Source of the DNA: Marsupella aquatica
Lineage: Eukaryota; Plantae; Marchantiophyta
DNA length: 64,000 bases
Direction: 5' to 3'
Assembly (NCBI GenBank): GCA_973895155.1
Contig: OZ316892.1
Coordinates: 16,792,357 to 16,856,356, forward strand
Position numbers and translations under genes: made by a program. Shown in pieces: positions 1-14,300 of the stretch. The notes beneath the pieces were generated by a model, which saw only the letters and a program-made list of their open reading frames with translations, did no database searches and was not told the DNA's origin. How positions within the stretch are numbered: position 1 is the first letter of the stretch; each line of letters starts with the position of its first letter.

Positions 1-2561
1 TGCAATAACTTCCATCTGCACTGCAGGAGAAGTCATCAAGTCAATGTCCACACAACATTCAACCTTGGAGCCAGCCTCACATACAGGATGCCCTACGGTG
101 GTATTTTTTGTTGAACGCTGAGATTCTGAAAGATCCTTCTATGCCATGAATAGTTGAGCCCACCAATTTTGCCTTCATGACTTTCAGGAATTCAGCGGCG
201 CAAATCGAGTCGAGGTACCATTATGGTGGCAATGATTGTGTCATTGACAGGATTTTTAATACTATTAATAAACCTGAGCTGATTAGGCTACTAGGGTGGA
301 CTTTTCCACCATTTAGTGTGGGAATCTACAGGACTTCTCGGGTTAAATTGGTCACTTTCGGGAAGTTCTGTGTATTCCGAACACCGTGTTGTGTTTAGAG
401 TTACAGTACACCCTTCACGGCCATAAGAGGGTGTGTGAAATTAGTGTTACGAATAATAGAAGGAGCATAAAACTTGTTGACCAACTTATTTCATGCCAGG
501 GCTAAATATTTTCATGCTGGCCCTGGGACACCCACCTTCTTTCCACTGGGCGGATTTTTTGGTTTGAATATGCATACAAAGAGTACTTTAGGTAACATTA
601 GACTCATTTGCAAAGGTGGTGACTGGTTTAGTGCAAGTTCAACAGAAATATTCAAAAAAGGAACCTATTTGCAAATTTTATTAACCAGACATGACAAGCG
701 GTTCTTTTTTACTAGGAGTGGCACGATATGAAGAATGCAGTCCACAAGAAGAGACTTGCTCAAAGTTGTTTTTGGCACCCAAATAGATGTAAGCAAGTTT
801 TCAAAGTTTTCCAACAAAAAGCACATCTAAAGTTTTTCAAAAACAAGCACACCTAAAAGTTATGAGTTTATGGATGAGTCTAGGAGTTCATGGGTGTAGG
901 CAGAAGTTTGCTTCACCAAAATTAGTGTGACTAATAGTAATAGTAGTGAAGTGTGTAGTTAGTTTGATGGTTGGTCGGAGTTATGATGTGTCTTTTAATT
1001 CATCATGTGTAAACCTCTCCACAATTTGATAAACCTGGTCCTTGGACTATATTTTTTGGTGGTCTCCTCCACTCTCACTGTGTATGCTAAGTGAATGTTT
1101 CATTTTGGTTTAAGAGCATTGTTACTTTGCGTGGTAAGTGCTCATTAGACTAGTGTAGTTCATCGGTCAGTAAAAAATGCTTTCAAAACCAAAAGGAACT
1201 GGAAGCGTATTAATTCTCACTTGGTTATTCAAACATCCTTTATTGACCAGGGCCATGAGGGGCGCCACCCTTTGTGTTTCGTATCATAATTTTTAATTCC
1301 GTTTTCACGGTGTACTAGTAAATCAGTAAATTAAGGAATGTGTGAAGTCCATGATGAATCATCAGTCCTCCTGGTATAACACGATTCTCATTATTCTTCC
1401 GGTAAGTTTCAATCTTGGGGAAAGGATACGAGGCGGGACATTTTGTGTGGGGAGCAAATGGAAGCTAATCCTAGTAGACTGCCAAAAAGGTATTATAATC
1501 CGCTGGAAAGGAGTGAAAAGTGAGAAGACAACCAAAGCTAGTTCCCTACGTCACTTTACTCCTAGGCATGCTGCTCACGTTTTTGGGTTGTAGAAAAGAA
1601 CATTTTTGCCAACCAAATTCACCAGAAAAGGCCAAGATGGAAATTAATTATCTTTACATACCTTGCCTAGACTGTTTGAAATCTGGTCACCTAGTCCTTA
1701 CGACAAAACTTTGATGTATCTTGGTTCTAATAGCACTCTGTGTCATATAGCGTCGTCACTGTTTAAGAATAAAGTTACCTCGTTTCATAGATAAGCGCTA
1801 GGTATGCGATTTGTTTGCAAAGAAGCCAACGGCAATTATAGATGACACGTCTCATGTGTTTGTTGTGCCTAGATTTGGGACCAAAATGCCAGAGATTGTT
1901 TGTCTTGGATGACTAAGCTGTCTTCTTTTAGGGCCCTATGTGGTGCCCTTTGTAATTTTGGTGCTGTATAGGCGTAGTCTAGATTTGGACTTCTGCATCA
2001 TGAAAATTCTCCCCTACTTTTACTAAAAAATAGTAGAAGTACAAAATGTCTTAGGCCATTGTGTTTATTAACCCCCTGGTACGAGGTTATTATCGTCAAT
2101 AATAGCCTTTCAAAACTTGAGCTAAGAGCATCTCCTACGCAGCGTGGTTGGCTTACGGGAACGGGGTTTCCCACCAACCCCGTTAAGAAATATTAAAAGA
2201 ACAGCCCCTACGGGAGAACGGGAACGGGACCGTATTTTTCGTTGATGGGGTTTTCTCTTGCGGGAACGGGATTGTGGAGGCCAAATGCCGCTTTGCCCTA
2301 TCCACGGGGTTCTTGACTGGATTGCAGCAGATATGGATCGTACGGTGGAGGAAAGTCGGTCTTCCGTGCGGGAAGGAGGCCATGCAGAGAAATTTCCCGC
2401 TAATGTTCAAGCAAAAGCTCCTCAATAGAAATGGTGTGCAGCAGTCGAGACTTGCCACTTTGAATCGATGCTCCTCCGAAGCTATGAACTATCATCAATC
2501 TTCCTGAAATTGCTGGCCGTTTCTTCAGTAGCATCTTGCTGTGATTTTTTGATTTTCCACC

Positions 2562-3698
2562 ATGGCTCCAGTCGACAATGCAGCTGCGAAGAAGGGCAAG
2601 AAGCAGGCAAATTTTTCCAATATCGAAATCGAACAGATTGCAAGGTCGTGGCTAGCATGCAGCGGCAATTCCATCAATGGAGCACAGCAGAAATCTGATG
2701 TCTATTGGACAAAGATTGAGCAGCATTTTCAGAAATCCATGGCAGAATTTAGGCGAAAATATCCAGGTGTGGTGAAGAATGTCCCCAGGTCCATCAGATC
2801 ATTGAGTTCAAAGTGGGGTGAGCTTAATCATGATTGTGCCAAATTTTCTGGAGCAATGTCCACGATCGTTGAATTGAATGAGTCTGGAACCAATGAAGAC
2901 GAGCAAATGGAGAAGGCTAGAGCTCTCTACCAGCAGACACATAAGAAGGGCTTGGAATTTTCGTACGAAGGTGCTTGGAAAATTTTGAAGGACTCTCCAA
3001 AGTGGCAGATCGCAGCAAGAATGCAGGAGAAGCATTTGGAGAGAGTATTAAAGAGAAAGAACGGGAAGCAAGCTGCCAATACTCCAGCTGATGTTGAAAG
3101 TCCAGACAAGGATTCTGGAATCCATGCTGGAACTCCAGAGATGGTCACCGATAGGCCTTTGGGGAATAAAAAAGCAAAAGAGTTGGCAGCTATTGAGCGG
3201 AAGGCAACCAAGACCAAGAGTGCATTGGCAGAGTCTACATCGCTGATTGCAGCTGCCCTGAATCGAAGGGCAAAGGCTATGGAGTCAGTTTTTGAGATCC
3301 AACTATTCCAAGTTAACCTGGGCTCACTGGATGATCGAGCCAGAAACTTTGTGTTGCTCAAACGAGAGGCAGCAGAGGCAGAATTGCGAAAGCAGCTCAA
3401 GGAAGTTGAACCTTTCAGGAAGGAGGTGGTTGAATTACCACCGGATTTACCTAAAAGTGTGGCTGATCAAGAGAACCAGGATCCGGAGGCCTGGCATTCA
3501 CCTGACAATGAATCTTGGCACGAGGAATCAAATGAGGAGTTAGAAGAGTTAGCATTGCATCAATCTGGTCACTCCAACCCCATCAATCTATCAGATATGC
3601 CAGATAGGGAATGTGAAAATGTCGGGGTTTCTTCAGAAGAATTCAGCAATCCCACCTTTCACTACCAGGATGTGCAGTCTCTCTATCAGTTCATGTAG
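2562..3698 (+). CDS. Harbinger ORF1, Myb/SANT-like DNA-binding protein with NAM-associated-like region, 378 aa
   Basis: Uninterrupted ORF with typical motifs ...ARSWL...GAQQKSDVYWTKI...RSIRSLSSKW...SGTNEDE...AWKILKDSPKW...RPLGNKKAK. Confidence 0.9.
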   Translation: MAPVDNAAAKKGKKQANFSNIEIEQIARSWLACSGNSINGAQQKSDVYWTKIEQHFQKSMAEFRRKYPGVVKNVPRSIRSLSSKWGELNHDCAKFSGAMSTIVELNESGTNEDEQMEKARALYQQTHKKGLEFSYEGAWKILKDSPKWQIAARMQEKHLERVLKRKNGKQAANTPADVESPDKDSGIHAGTPEMVTDRPLGNKKAKELAAIERKATKTKSALAESTSLIAAALNRRAKAMESVFEIQLFQVNLGSLDDRARNFVLLKREAAEAELRKQLKEVEPFRKEVVELPPDLPKSVADQENQDPEAWHSPDNESWHEESNEELEELALHQSGHSNPINLSDMPDRECENVGVSSEEFSNPTFHYQDVQSLYQFM

Positions 3699-4591
3699 TC
3701 AACACGACTATAGGCAAGCGATACTCAGATTTGCCAGGTTGAGCTTGTAGAGTAATTTTGTAGCTGAAATAATTTATCTACAAATTGTAGCCATGCAATT
3801 TGTTGTGTGGTGTTGTACGTAAGTAATTGCATGTGTTGTATGCAGCTTCTTTAATATTGGAATTCGTACTACAAGCTGTTCATACGTTGTGCAAGGTACA
3901 TATATATGTCTCGACTGCTTTCGGTTGTGTCAGTGTCTTTGAATTTATACTTCTTTATATATAGAGAAGTGAACCAGATTTTTATGAATTGAGCATTTAA
4001 ACCTGATTGCCAAGTTACACTATTGATATCGTCCCTTCTAATATTTTAGACCATGAGACTGGAGTACAAGAGACTACGTAACAATACAAATGAGAAAAGC
4101 AACCTATGAGAATAAGACGATGGGCATTGGGCATTGCGCAGACATGCAAGTTGCCAGGGAAGCACCTTCACATAATCAGTTTGTAATATTTTATGCAGTG
4201 TTCAACTCTCCAATAAAGTAAATTCTCCAAACACTTGTGGGGCCGTATATATACTTGCACCTACAAGGTACGAATTGCTGCAACTGACCTGTCAGTGGCT
4301 CCCACACCTTTTATGCTCAGGGTTGTGCACTCTCACCAATGCTCAGAGTTTTGCACTCTCACCAATGCTACGTACTTTGAAGGTAGCAAATCCAAGGCAA
4401 TGAGAGAAAAGATTCAGGTAGCATAGACCTAACACACGAGGTCTCCCAGACTAGGCACAGTCACAAGTTTAGGATAGAAAGGTATCCCAAAAGCAAGGTC
4501 TTTATATATAGAGAGACAATTTCAGATTCAGAATTACACTGCTAGCCCGATTGCTAGCCTAGCTCTCACAAGCAAGCCTACGTACAACAGA

Positions 4592-5910
4592 TTACTCGTC
4601 CTCTAAATCTCCACGAATTTGCCACAAGTGTTCAATTAAGTCTGCTTTCAGTTGTTGAGCAATCGCAGCATCCTGATTTGTCTCACACCATGAGTCAGCC
4701 CAACAAAATTAAGAGGAGCCCGTGGCCTATGCTGCCACTGCACCTCAGGCCTATCAAAAAGGTAATCATGTGTCAAATCAGGATCTCCATGCTAGTCCTC
4801 AATAATCATATTATGTAATATCACTGCAGCTTTCCAAATCAACTGCATTTGGTCTCTGCTCCACCATCGAGAGGGATTACAAACCATGGCAAAACGAGCT
4901 TGCAACACCCCAAAGCAACGCTCAACATCTTTCCGAACTGATTCCTGCCTTTTAGCAAACCACTTCCGCTTGGCACCTTGAGGCTCATTGATCGTCTTCA
5001 TGAAGATGGTGTAGTCTGGGTATATTCCATCTGTCAATAAGTAGAACATTTTGTAAACATGACCATTCACATCGAAGGTCACATCTGGTGCCACTCCATT
5101 CAACAGGTTGACAATGAGAGGCGAACGATCAATGACATTGATGTCATTGTTGGAACCTGGGATACCGGCAAAAGCATGCCAAATCCACAAGTCAGACGTG
5201 GCAATCGCTTCTAGAACTATGGAGTTCAATCCATCCTTGTCCCGAAATTGGCCTTGCTCTCCTACGGGACAATTTTTCCAGGTCCAGTGAGTACAATCAA
5301 GGCTACCAAACATTCCGACAAATCCTCTGGCCCGGTTGATTTCCATGTGCTTTTGAACATCAGCCTCCGTAGGGTGACGAAGGTACTCTTCTCCAAAGCA
5401 ATTGACAAGTGCTTCAACAAAATGCTTGAATGATCTAATTGCAGTTGATTCCCCAATTCGAACGTACTCATCCACAGCATCCCCAGCACTCCCGTAGCAC
5501 ATGATCCGTAGAGCAGCTGTCATCTTTTGAAGGCTGCTAATTCCAGCCTTGCCGACAGCATCTGGCCTTTGCACGAAAAAATCATCCTCCTCCAAAATTG
5601 CATTGTGAATTCTGAGGAAAACTTCTTTCCTCATGCGAAATCTACGTCGAAATAAATGAGATGGATAAGTTGCTACAGCAGAGAAGTAGTCATCCCAAAT
5701 CCTTGCATGGCCTGCAGCATGGTCACGAAATAAATTAGGAGAACGACCCTCCCTGGAGCCTCCATGTTTTCGATTCAAAACTTCCAGTGTTTCTTCCAGG
5801 CTCTCTTGTTCATCCAATAATTGAAGAATGTGATCAGCAAGCACTTTGTCTATCTCATCGTCAGAATCTACTCTATCTCCAACCCACTGGTTGAATGCAG
5901 CAGAATCCAT
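4592..5910 (-). pseudogene. PIF/Harbinger DDE transposase, open for 372 aa, then a premature stop and a 1-bp frameshift before the conserved C-terminus
   Basis: Motifs FRRRFRM, GSLDCTHW.W..CP, PGSNNDI, LTDGIYP, RKDVERCFGVLQARF, ILHNMIIED. After TAG (4792-4794) the frame stays open for about 40 codons. A shifted frame then gives DAAIAQQLKADLIEHLW...EDE* ending at 4592. Confidence 0.88.
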
Positions 5911-6649
5911 ATTGTCTATGGATCACAATTGTAAATTGTTGTACAGACCAGGGCTTCAAGCAATGCCGCAGGATTGAGAATGATTGGAATGGGATTTCAG
6001 GTTTTCATAATTAGAGCATTGTAGAGTGTATCCTTTGATGAGAGATTCAACATATGTATTAAGATATATTCCTTCCAGGCCATAAGCATTCGCAGATTAC
6101 TTGGACCTAAATTGGACACTTCATGTATCAGTTTTTGGTGGAGCAATTTGTGCTGCAAGCGCCCATTGATTGAGCCCTCCACTCGGCCCTCCATATGGAT
6201 GAGACAGAATTGAATTATTACTGATGAAAGGCAAGAAGACAATGTACACACGTAGAACCTTTCTAGAATGGAGGCGCTGGCCATGATTGAAAGCTTGGGT
6301 CAACTGGGCAATGTCCACAATAGGGAGGAGGATTCCGAGCGGGACGGCATTGCCAGGCTTGAAAATGGAGCGAGACCCTTTGAGCAGGCCACGTCTCTTT
6401 CTGGAGTCCAACATGTGTCTGCAAGGAACCCCGTACTTAAAATATCCAGTATCCATTGGGGTTGGACTCTGGCATGACTCAGCCCATACACCCCGTATAC
6501 TAAAGTTAGAGTGTCAGAATACGGGGTATTTAATGTATACAGTGAGTGAACCCCATTAACGTAGGAGATGCTCTAAAGCCCTTGCTTTTCTGGGAGTTAG
6601 GGCCCATGATGCCCTAATATATACATGTTATATTATACAGGCCTTGTGT

Positions 6650-7900
6650 GCATATTGTTGTCATCAGGTACCAACTCCTGCACATAATGGGTGTGGGTCC
6701 TGCATATCATGGTTTTCATAGATTGCCTACCCTTTCCTTTGATGCTTTGTGTTTGTCCTCACCATTGATTTTGGTGGGAATTGAGAATGGCTGTTGTTTC
6801 CCACCCTGCCAGTTCCAGAACATAGGTCAGTATTTTGGGCATTTGAAGTGTCGGTCAAGCATTTCCTCACCATTGCCAGCAACTGCCATGCCTTCTCATT
6901 TCGTTTTCCTTAACTCACCTGCCAGAGCCCTCGTCCACGGCATCGCATGTCCCAAAGGCTTTCCATTCACCAGCTTCTGGGATCATCCTTCGACAACAAT
7001 AGATTGTGACGATAGGCGGTCAAAAAGCTTTTGGGTTGGCTCTGCTCTCCGAGCTCAGCAGTGCCCGTGTTTGGATGCTGGGGGGGCTCAACGATCTTAC
7101 ATTAAACGATCTTAGGTGTACTAGTTATGTAGTTGCTAGGGATTTCGAAGCCATAGATACTCTTTTAGGTCCGCTCAAACAGTTGGCTCATTACACGAGG
7201 CCTTTCAATTTAGACTCGCCTTTGTCCCGATCCTATGAGAACAAGATTTCTGAACTCATCATTTAAAAGAAAATTTACCAGATTGGGCTCCTTGCCAATG
7301 CACACCATCCCAACAAAACCTGAGTAGATTGAGCCATGATTATTCGTTCCACTCCAACAATAGCCTTGTCTATCACTATTGACTAACTGAATGTGAATTG
7401 ACTCGAGTATAACCAGTGTCGGTGATTCCCAAGTTCCCTTTGACGGGAAGGCAGGTGAATAGCATCGTCATCAACCTGCCAAACTTCACTGAAACCATCA
7501 ATAATTATCCCAATAAGCTCGTTCGCACTTCCATCAACTCTCTTCAGCCTAATCCATCTACGCGAGCCAGTTGTAGGAATACTGTAGTCCTTGTCGTGGC
7601 CTCCCTTACTACTGTATTACTCTGAAAACCTACAAGGTACTTCTCGCCATGTCTTCAGAAATTCTCCTTGCGTCATCAGAATCATGTGCAAAGGCAGACA
7701 TTCGTCTGGACATGAGACAGGGTGCCCGAAAGATTCCCCATTTTCGGTCTTTGGAGGTTGTCCAATCACACTTAGCGCGTTACAACATACGTTGCATAGG
7801 GAGCCCATAAGAATGATGCTATGCGCGCAGACTACTTGGTCATATTCCAATACTTTTCGGAGGATGACAGAACATACCTTCAATGAATATCCTCGTGCAC
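6650..7900 (-). mobile_element. Possible highly degraded non-LTR retrotransposon remnant
   Basis: Only weak fragments on the minus strand (GNGEEMLDRHFKCPKY*PMFWNW, zf-RVT-like; FCWDG..HW-like) with many stops. Confidence 0.25.
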
Positions 7901-8385
7901 TTCATTTTAATGCTTATCCTACCTATTCCATTCAAAGATGAGCCTCACGAACCTTCATGCCTGAAAGGAGGTCATCTTTCAAATTTCTCCTTGGAATTTA
8001 TGGTCATCTTGACCTCCAGTCAGTAAAAAACGTTACCACTACTAGAAATGAATGACGGGACGACCACTTGAAGATAAATAAATTTGTTATTGCCACAATA
8101 CAGTCAATATGACTCCTAAATGGCTGAAACTATTTCTTGGGTTGTCTGTGGCACTGGCTCTACATCATTGCCTCCAAGTTTCTCCCAGTAAAGCGATTTC
8201 AAGAGGTCGATACCTGAGACACCCACAATATTGTTGTAATGCTTGTTCAGAAATATACCAACTTCAATGCTTTCTTCTTATATTCGAGCCAGTGCGAAAG
8301 GAATAATGTACATCTACAATTTTGAACAACCGACCGTCTCAGCCGATCGCCAGAGTTCAGCGATGGGTTCCAAGACAGGGAAGTA

Positions 8386-11300
8386 TCAAGCAACAGGGCC
8401 GAACCTTCCTCTGCTAATTCCAGCTTCTATGGGATCCCTATCCTCCATTTCCTGTCGGCAGGTCAAAACCGTAACAAAAGCGCATATCAGATGGCTCTTC
8501 CAGTATCGATCGGAAAAACACCTGATGCCCCAGACAATAATCACAGATACAACAACCTTTGTCCAAAAAGCATGCAAAAGTCCGGGGGTTGGTTGCAAAG
8601 ATCAGATCAGAAGCTGCTAAAACAAACGGAAATGCTCATCCTAGAATTCCATCTTCGGGCCTTACATCCTTTATGGACAGAACTCAGACCCGTTCACAAG
8701 AAACAAACTACGTCCTTCATCAAATATTTGGGGCCGATTTGTATAGAATGCCGCGAGGGGTTCTTGATATTTACCTCAGATAATAAGTCTTTCCGTGTTA
8801 TAATACCGATCACGCTAGATGGTCGTGGTATGACACATACATGCCGCAGTCCTAGTTGCCGAAATAGATTGTAAACCTGCCAGAATCCAGCAGACAATCA
8901 CGTCTTTCTCTTTTGCACGCGAGAAATAAAACACGAACGGCTAAATTTCTCGAAGGACCATAACGAGAGAGACTTCAGCATTCTTCAACCCCACGTATAG
9001 GCTCACAGCAAATCATAAAAAACTTCAGCTTTGCTCGTAACTAATTTCCAGAATACACACTTCCCAGGACAGATCAACGACGAGGGGTTGGGCGGAGCGT
9101 CACCTTCGAAAGTGACATATCCTCAGATACTACATATGGAGTGGGGTTGACAAATGGTTCCAGATCTATATACATTGCCATTTCTTCAGAAGAAATATGT
9201 ACATCATCGACAGATATGCCTTTACTTGAAACTGGTTTTGCAAAATCTCGAACATCATATCTGCAACAAGGCGGCCTCAGACCATTAAACCCAGGGACCG
9301 ATAGCCTAGATGCACACCTCTACGTTCAGAAACATGCAGCAATTTTTAAAGCAGCTGTGAAAGTGCCTAATACCTGTATTGATTGCGCCCCTGCTGATCC
9401 CCAACCATTGGACTACGTTTAAAATCTGCTTTGTGCTGCAACAGTACCAACAGATGGCTGATTTTGCACGAGCCATGCATCAAGTCAATGAGATTCACAA
9501 GGTGTAAATTTAGATGAAAAAACACACTTATCCCGTCAATTTTACATCAATTGTCCTTCACTAACCAATCAAAAATGGCAGATTCTGGATCCAGCATTCT
9601 AAAGCTCTCTTTCAAAGGGCACCTCAATTTTCTGCACAGAAGGGATACACACCTGCGCAGAATTAGGCCAATGACAACAGTTTCACCACTCCGCAGCTGC
9701 TCAATAACCTGTGAGTCAGAAGCAATGGTTAGGGTCACGCCACAAGCATGATAAGCTAGCCCAAACACAAGAATTCCGATGTCAATACCCCTCTCTATGA
9801 TCAATTTTTCGTTCAACGACATACTGCTTTCTCAAACACAAAGACAAGAGTACACATTCGGCAAGAGTGCTACTGATCTTACAGGGAATCCATTGTGAGA
9901 GTTGCTGCTGAGAACAGAAACGATCTCACCAACTTGTGCCACTCTTGGGAAATGGACTACCTGCATGGCCATTGTGATGGAATACATTAGGAACCTTTTT
10001 TGATGAAGAAAATTACCAAAACAACATAAAAACTGAATTGTTATATTCATGTTTTAGATTTATTGGTTTTCCTCCTACCTTATTTAAGCCTGATGCCTCT
10101 TTGGCAGTCCTGTTTCGCATATAGCGCTTCGGTCTTGAATCAAGAAGTGGAATCCGCCTTAGATTAGCATGACCCTCGTAAAATCCAGAATTGAAGGCAT
10201 CTCCTACAGCCTGCACTTAATCGAAAGGACAAATAATGAGGTCAGTATTGACAGATTCTCTTTTAACAATTGGCCGGATAAAATTTGAATTTTGTGTAGC
10301 TGTGTACGACATGAAATCCGCTTGGAGGTACATACAGCACGGGGCTTCAGTTAAAGTTTTCTACGGACACTGGAATTTATTACCTGTATTGCTTGGAACA
10401 TCTAATTGATTCTTAGTCATATTACATCACAGGAACCAGAAAACAACTAGTGCTCATTTATTTTTTTAATGCAAGTTCAAGGGATCTTGATTTACAATTG
10501 GCAAGAACAGGTCACTGTACAGGAGTACCTTAGAAGTAAGCAATACAAGCATGATGAGGGGCAGTAGCTTAAGATTGTTGGTAATCTCCACCATTATTAC
10601 ACAAAGAGAGACTGTCATCCGCATAGAACCACCCAGGAAAGAAGCAGCACCCAGCAAAGCATACCTGCAGGCATTCGACAAGTGCAATGCGTGAGACATG
10701 CATAGGAACTTGGCTGGCGCAACCCGATTTAAAAGAAAAAAGGATTCCTTGGGAATAAGAGGCTTCAAGGAAACAAGAGTAGCCCTCTCGTGCCTTAGGA
10801 TCTAAGTTGGCAACGTATCAGACACGAATCCTGGTGGAAAAATCACACATCTCAAAAGACGAGTGTCCCCCAAGAGTTCTAGCAAGTGCGCGTAGAGACG
10901 ACCAAGCTGTAAACAGATGGTTCCACAGAACCCACTAGAAACTTTATCAAGAATACATTAAAAAGAGAGAAGAGATCTAAAAAGGCTTTTCCATTGCTGC
11001 AGAGCTCCACTGCACCCCGCGACACTACAAAGCTACCAGATCTTCAATACAAGGTAGACTTCGGGAAGTGGTGTGAACATGCTCTGCTTTCACTCTACCA
11101 AACTAATTACAGGACATACAGACTTCCGATTGTTAAGAAAAGGAAGAAGATCACGTACGTTCCCTCATCGATGCTGTCCTTCTTGGACACAGTGACAATA
11201 AGCATGCCAACAAGGCGGCCATAGGTGGCCCCAATCATAATTCCTGGTACAAATTGTCCTGCTGGAACTGCTGTCCCATATGTGACCACTGCTAATGAAA

Positions 11301-14300
11301 AGAACATGGCCTGTACGTCCAACAAGTTCACGGTACGTAAATTTCAGTGATTTTCCACAGTTCCTGTCCAATCTGTCAGGAATGTAGTTACCAAGAATAG
11401 GATTAAGCATCATGTAAAGTAAAAACAAACACAACCTAGTTGGACTCCAACCACAAATAATGCCCAAGAGCGGCTTTGCCATACGTCTCCTCTTGACAAC
11501 TGCGATTGTAGACCAAACAGCGAGGTTCATAACTGATCCTCCAATGACAAATTATATAAGGATCATTTTATATTTATAGTCCTCTTTTTATGCAGCCCAA
11601 ACATTGAAGGCACATGATAGCACCCCTTCCATGAATTTTGATGACATTTGAGTACAGTCAAACGAGGATGATGGAGCACAGATCTGAATTCAAGCTACTG
11701 ACCAAGAACATCAATAAACTGTAGGCACTGTACTCTCCTTGCGTGCTAGTGCTAAACAAATTCCGGATTGCGTCATCCTGCACCACATGAATAAGATAAG
11801 TGAGTTAAAACTCGACATATATTCCTGACAGCTAGAATCAGGGAAAAGTGAATCTATTCTTGATTTCATGCCATATGCGCATCACACGAAGTCTCATACT
11901 CCCAGCAGGCGCACCTCCATCATCACAAACTGCATGTTGTAGAGTTACAAGGGAACTCAACTAAGGGATATCAGTCAAAGATTCACAATTTCAAAACTAC
12001 AAAACAATCACTGTAAGACGTACCTGTGTATTTAGAAATATTGTGGCAAGATCATTGTACTCACGCTCCCCAGAGCAATGAAACTACAGCCATCCAGAAT
12101 TTCTGAAGGTTAGAATTTGAGTTGAGACTCAATTCATGCTCATTGGCACAGGTGGATACCCCACGACTAAATTCCAGACCTTAGAATCTACTAACAAATC
12201 AGAAATGTACATCAAGTTGACATAAACTCTAATGCATAGAGGTTCCAGACTTTAGAATCTAGTGACAGTCCAAAAGTAGGTCAAATTCCCATTAACTCTA
12301 ACACATACAGATACAATCCAGACGCATTCTACCACTTAGTCCTGTGACGGTGAACAAAGAATTGTCCTTACATTCACAAAATTTCCGTAGTGCTGCTGAT
12401 CTCGAGGGCAAACAATGTCAGGATACTTCACAGGATCAGGACAAGGAGTACATTGTGACAACAATGGTAGCCCAAACGACAGGACTGAAGTTAAGAGCGA
12501 CACCAAACAAGCCTCCACTATCTGCCAAAGAGAGGACAACAGGTCAGTGATGAAATCAGGATCAAAACGCCCTACAAGCTTCACCGAAAGGTCAAGTACC
12601 AACCACAGCAAAACCGGATTAGCCTGCGAAGATACCAACAAGAATAAAAGTCCATGGAAAACCTCAAGACCTCCAAAGTAAATCAGACTGATTACGAATA
12701 TGCACCCATCACTTATTTCCGAAATACCTTTGTTCGATCACCCCTTTTGTGCAGTACATTTCGACGCCAAGAAGACATATAGAGAGTCAGCTGGTTGAAA
12801 AGGGCACCTACGCAAACATGATTTTGGCTTAGAACGTCCATCATTGCAGTGTAAGCTTGGGAAACCTCTATTTCCTGATGAAACCCAATGCACCTACACA
12901 TACTCCTGGTGGAACCAATAGCATTCATTTCATAGGGTTTAGCGTCCTACATACACGGAGCTCATGGCTAGAAGCCCCTGGCTGACTGTTACGATTGAGT
13001 GAAATGGGAACAAATTTGGACACTCTTCCTTTCATAGGGCGGGTTTCCCCTAGTTTCTTGCAAACAATTACATGTACGAAAAAATGACAATGACCTAGGG
13101 TTATCTGCGGTTCACAAAATAATTGTTGGCAGGATTGAGATCAAACTAACTGGCTCGGACACGTACCGAGAAGACCTCCGAGTACACCGACCATGGCCAT
13201 TGGTAACAGTTCAAAAAAGGAGTAGTCATCCTGGCCCCTGTAATAAATTTGCCAGAGCTCAATTAATTTGCAGCCCTGAAACCCTGATAGCTTGCCTCTA
13301 GTGTTCTAACAACTCGCAGAATATTAACTCAACTCATTTTTGGAGAGGAGTGCACTTTACCCTGAAATGTCCCAAATGATGAAACCCCCTGAGCCAAAAT
13401 GCCCACAATGTCCATTTGTACACCAACCCATGGCAGATCGTACCACAACGGCAACAACTGCAGAAGTGAAAAACACTCGCCATAGGAGCTGACTTCTCCA
13501 CCTGCAAACAAAATAATTTAAACTTTCTTAAACACCTCCCAAGTGATTGGGACCAATTGACCATATACAAATTGTTATCTCAATGTAGGTCTAGGCCGAT
13601 TCTGCTAGTCGCTTCTACAGGGATAACTCCCACGTTTGCAGTCTGCTACAAAAACGACGTCAAATAACATCGTTAAGCATCAATGCAGAGACCCTCCGAT
13701 TAACCAAAGCTCTTGAGATTAAAAAGGATCCAACAGTACAATAACAACAAAGGACGAGTACCGTAAGCTTAACAACAATACATACGAGAGCAAATATTAG
13801 GGCATTACCAAGAGGTAACCTCTTCGAGAGCAAACAATACTCCACCAACAGGAGCCCTAAAAGCCGCAGATACACCGGCTGCACAGCCGCATGTAACCTA
13901 TCACCACACACCAAGACTCATCACTCTGCCACTACTCACCTAAAAAACACATTTTGTTTCAACTTTTCTCCCAATAAATGAGGGACAGAAAAACCCTTCG
14001 AATAAATTACAAAAGATGCATGATTGTAGGAAGAGAAAATGATGGATCTTACAAGATCACGCCTGTCACGGTCGTTCTTGAAAACAGCGAGCCAACTCCA
14101 GTTCACAAAATATTTTGTAGAGCCACCCTGAAGTCAAGCAGGAGATGACGAAAAGCAATTATACAAGCGGACCATCTTCATGTGGTAAGGCTGACAGTTC
14201 CAGCTTCACTCAGGATGCCCATTATCTACGGTCATAACCTCCCACTATCAAACGGCAGGAGACAGCATACAAAATGAAACCCGACCTGCACCATAGGGGA

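Larger units (their letters stand above)
2126..6573. mobile_element. PIF/Harbinger DNA transposon, 4448 bp, two convergent ORFs
   Basis: Perfect 14-bp TIRs GAGCATCTCCTACG (2126-2139) / CGTAGGAGATGCTC (6560-6573). TAA on both flanks (2123-2125, 6574-6576). Contains a Myb/SANT-like ORF and a DDE transposase. Confidence 0.96.

Noticed and set aside
405-1316. TIR element bounded by AGTACACC...GGTGTACT
   Set aside because: Only 8 bp of inverted match and no supporting TSD beyond a possible TA. Could be chance.
6121-6456. SWIM-finger-like peptide GYFKYGVPCRHML suggesting a captured MULE fragment inside the Harbinger
   Set aside because: It lacks the CxC half, and the codons coincide with the TACGGGG subterminal repeat. 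The rest of the ORF has no recognisable similarity.
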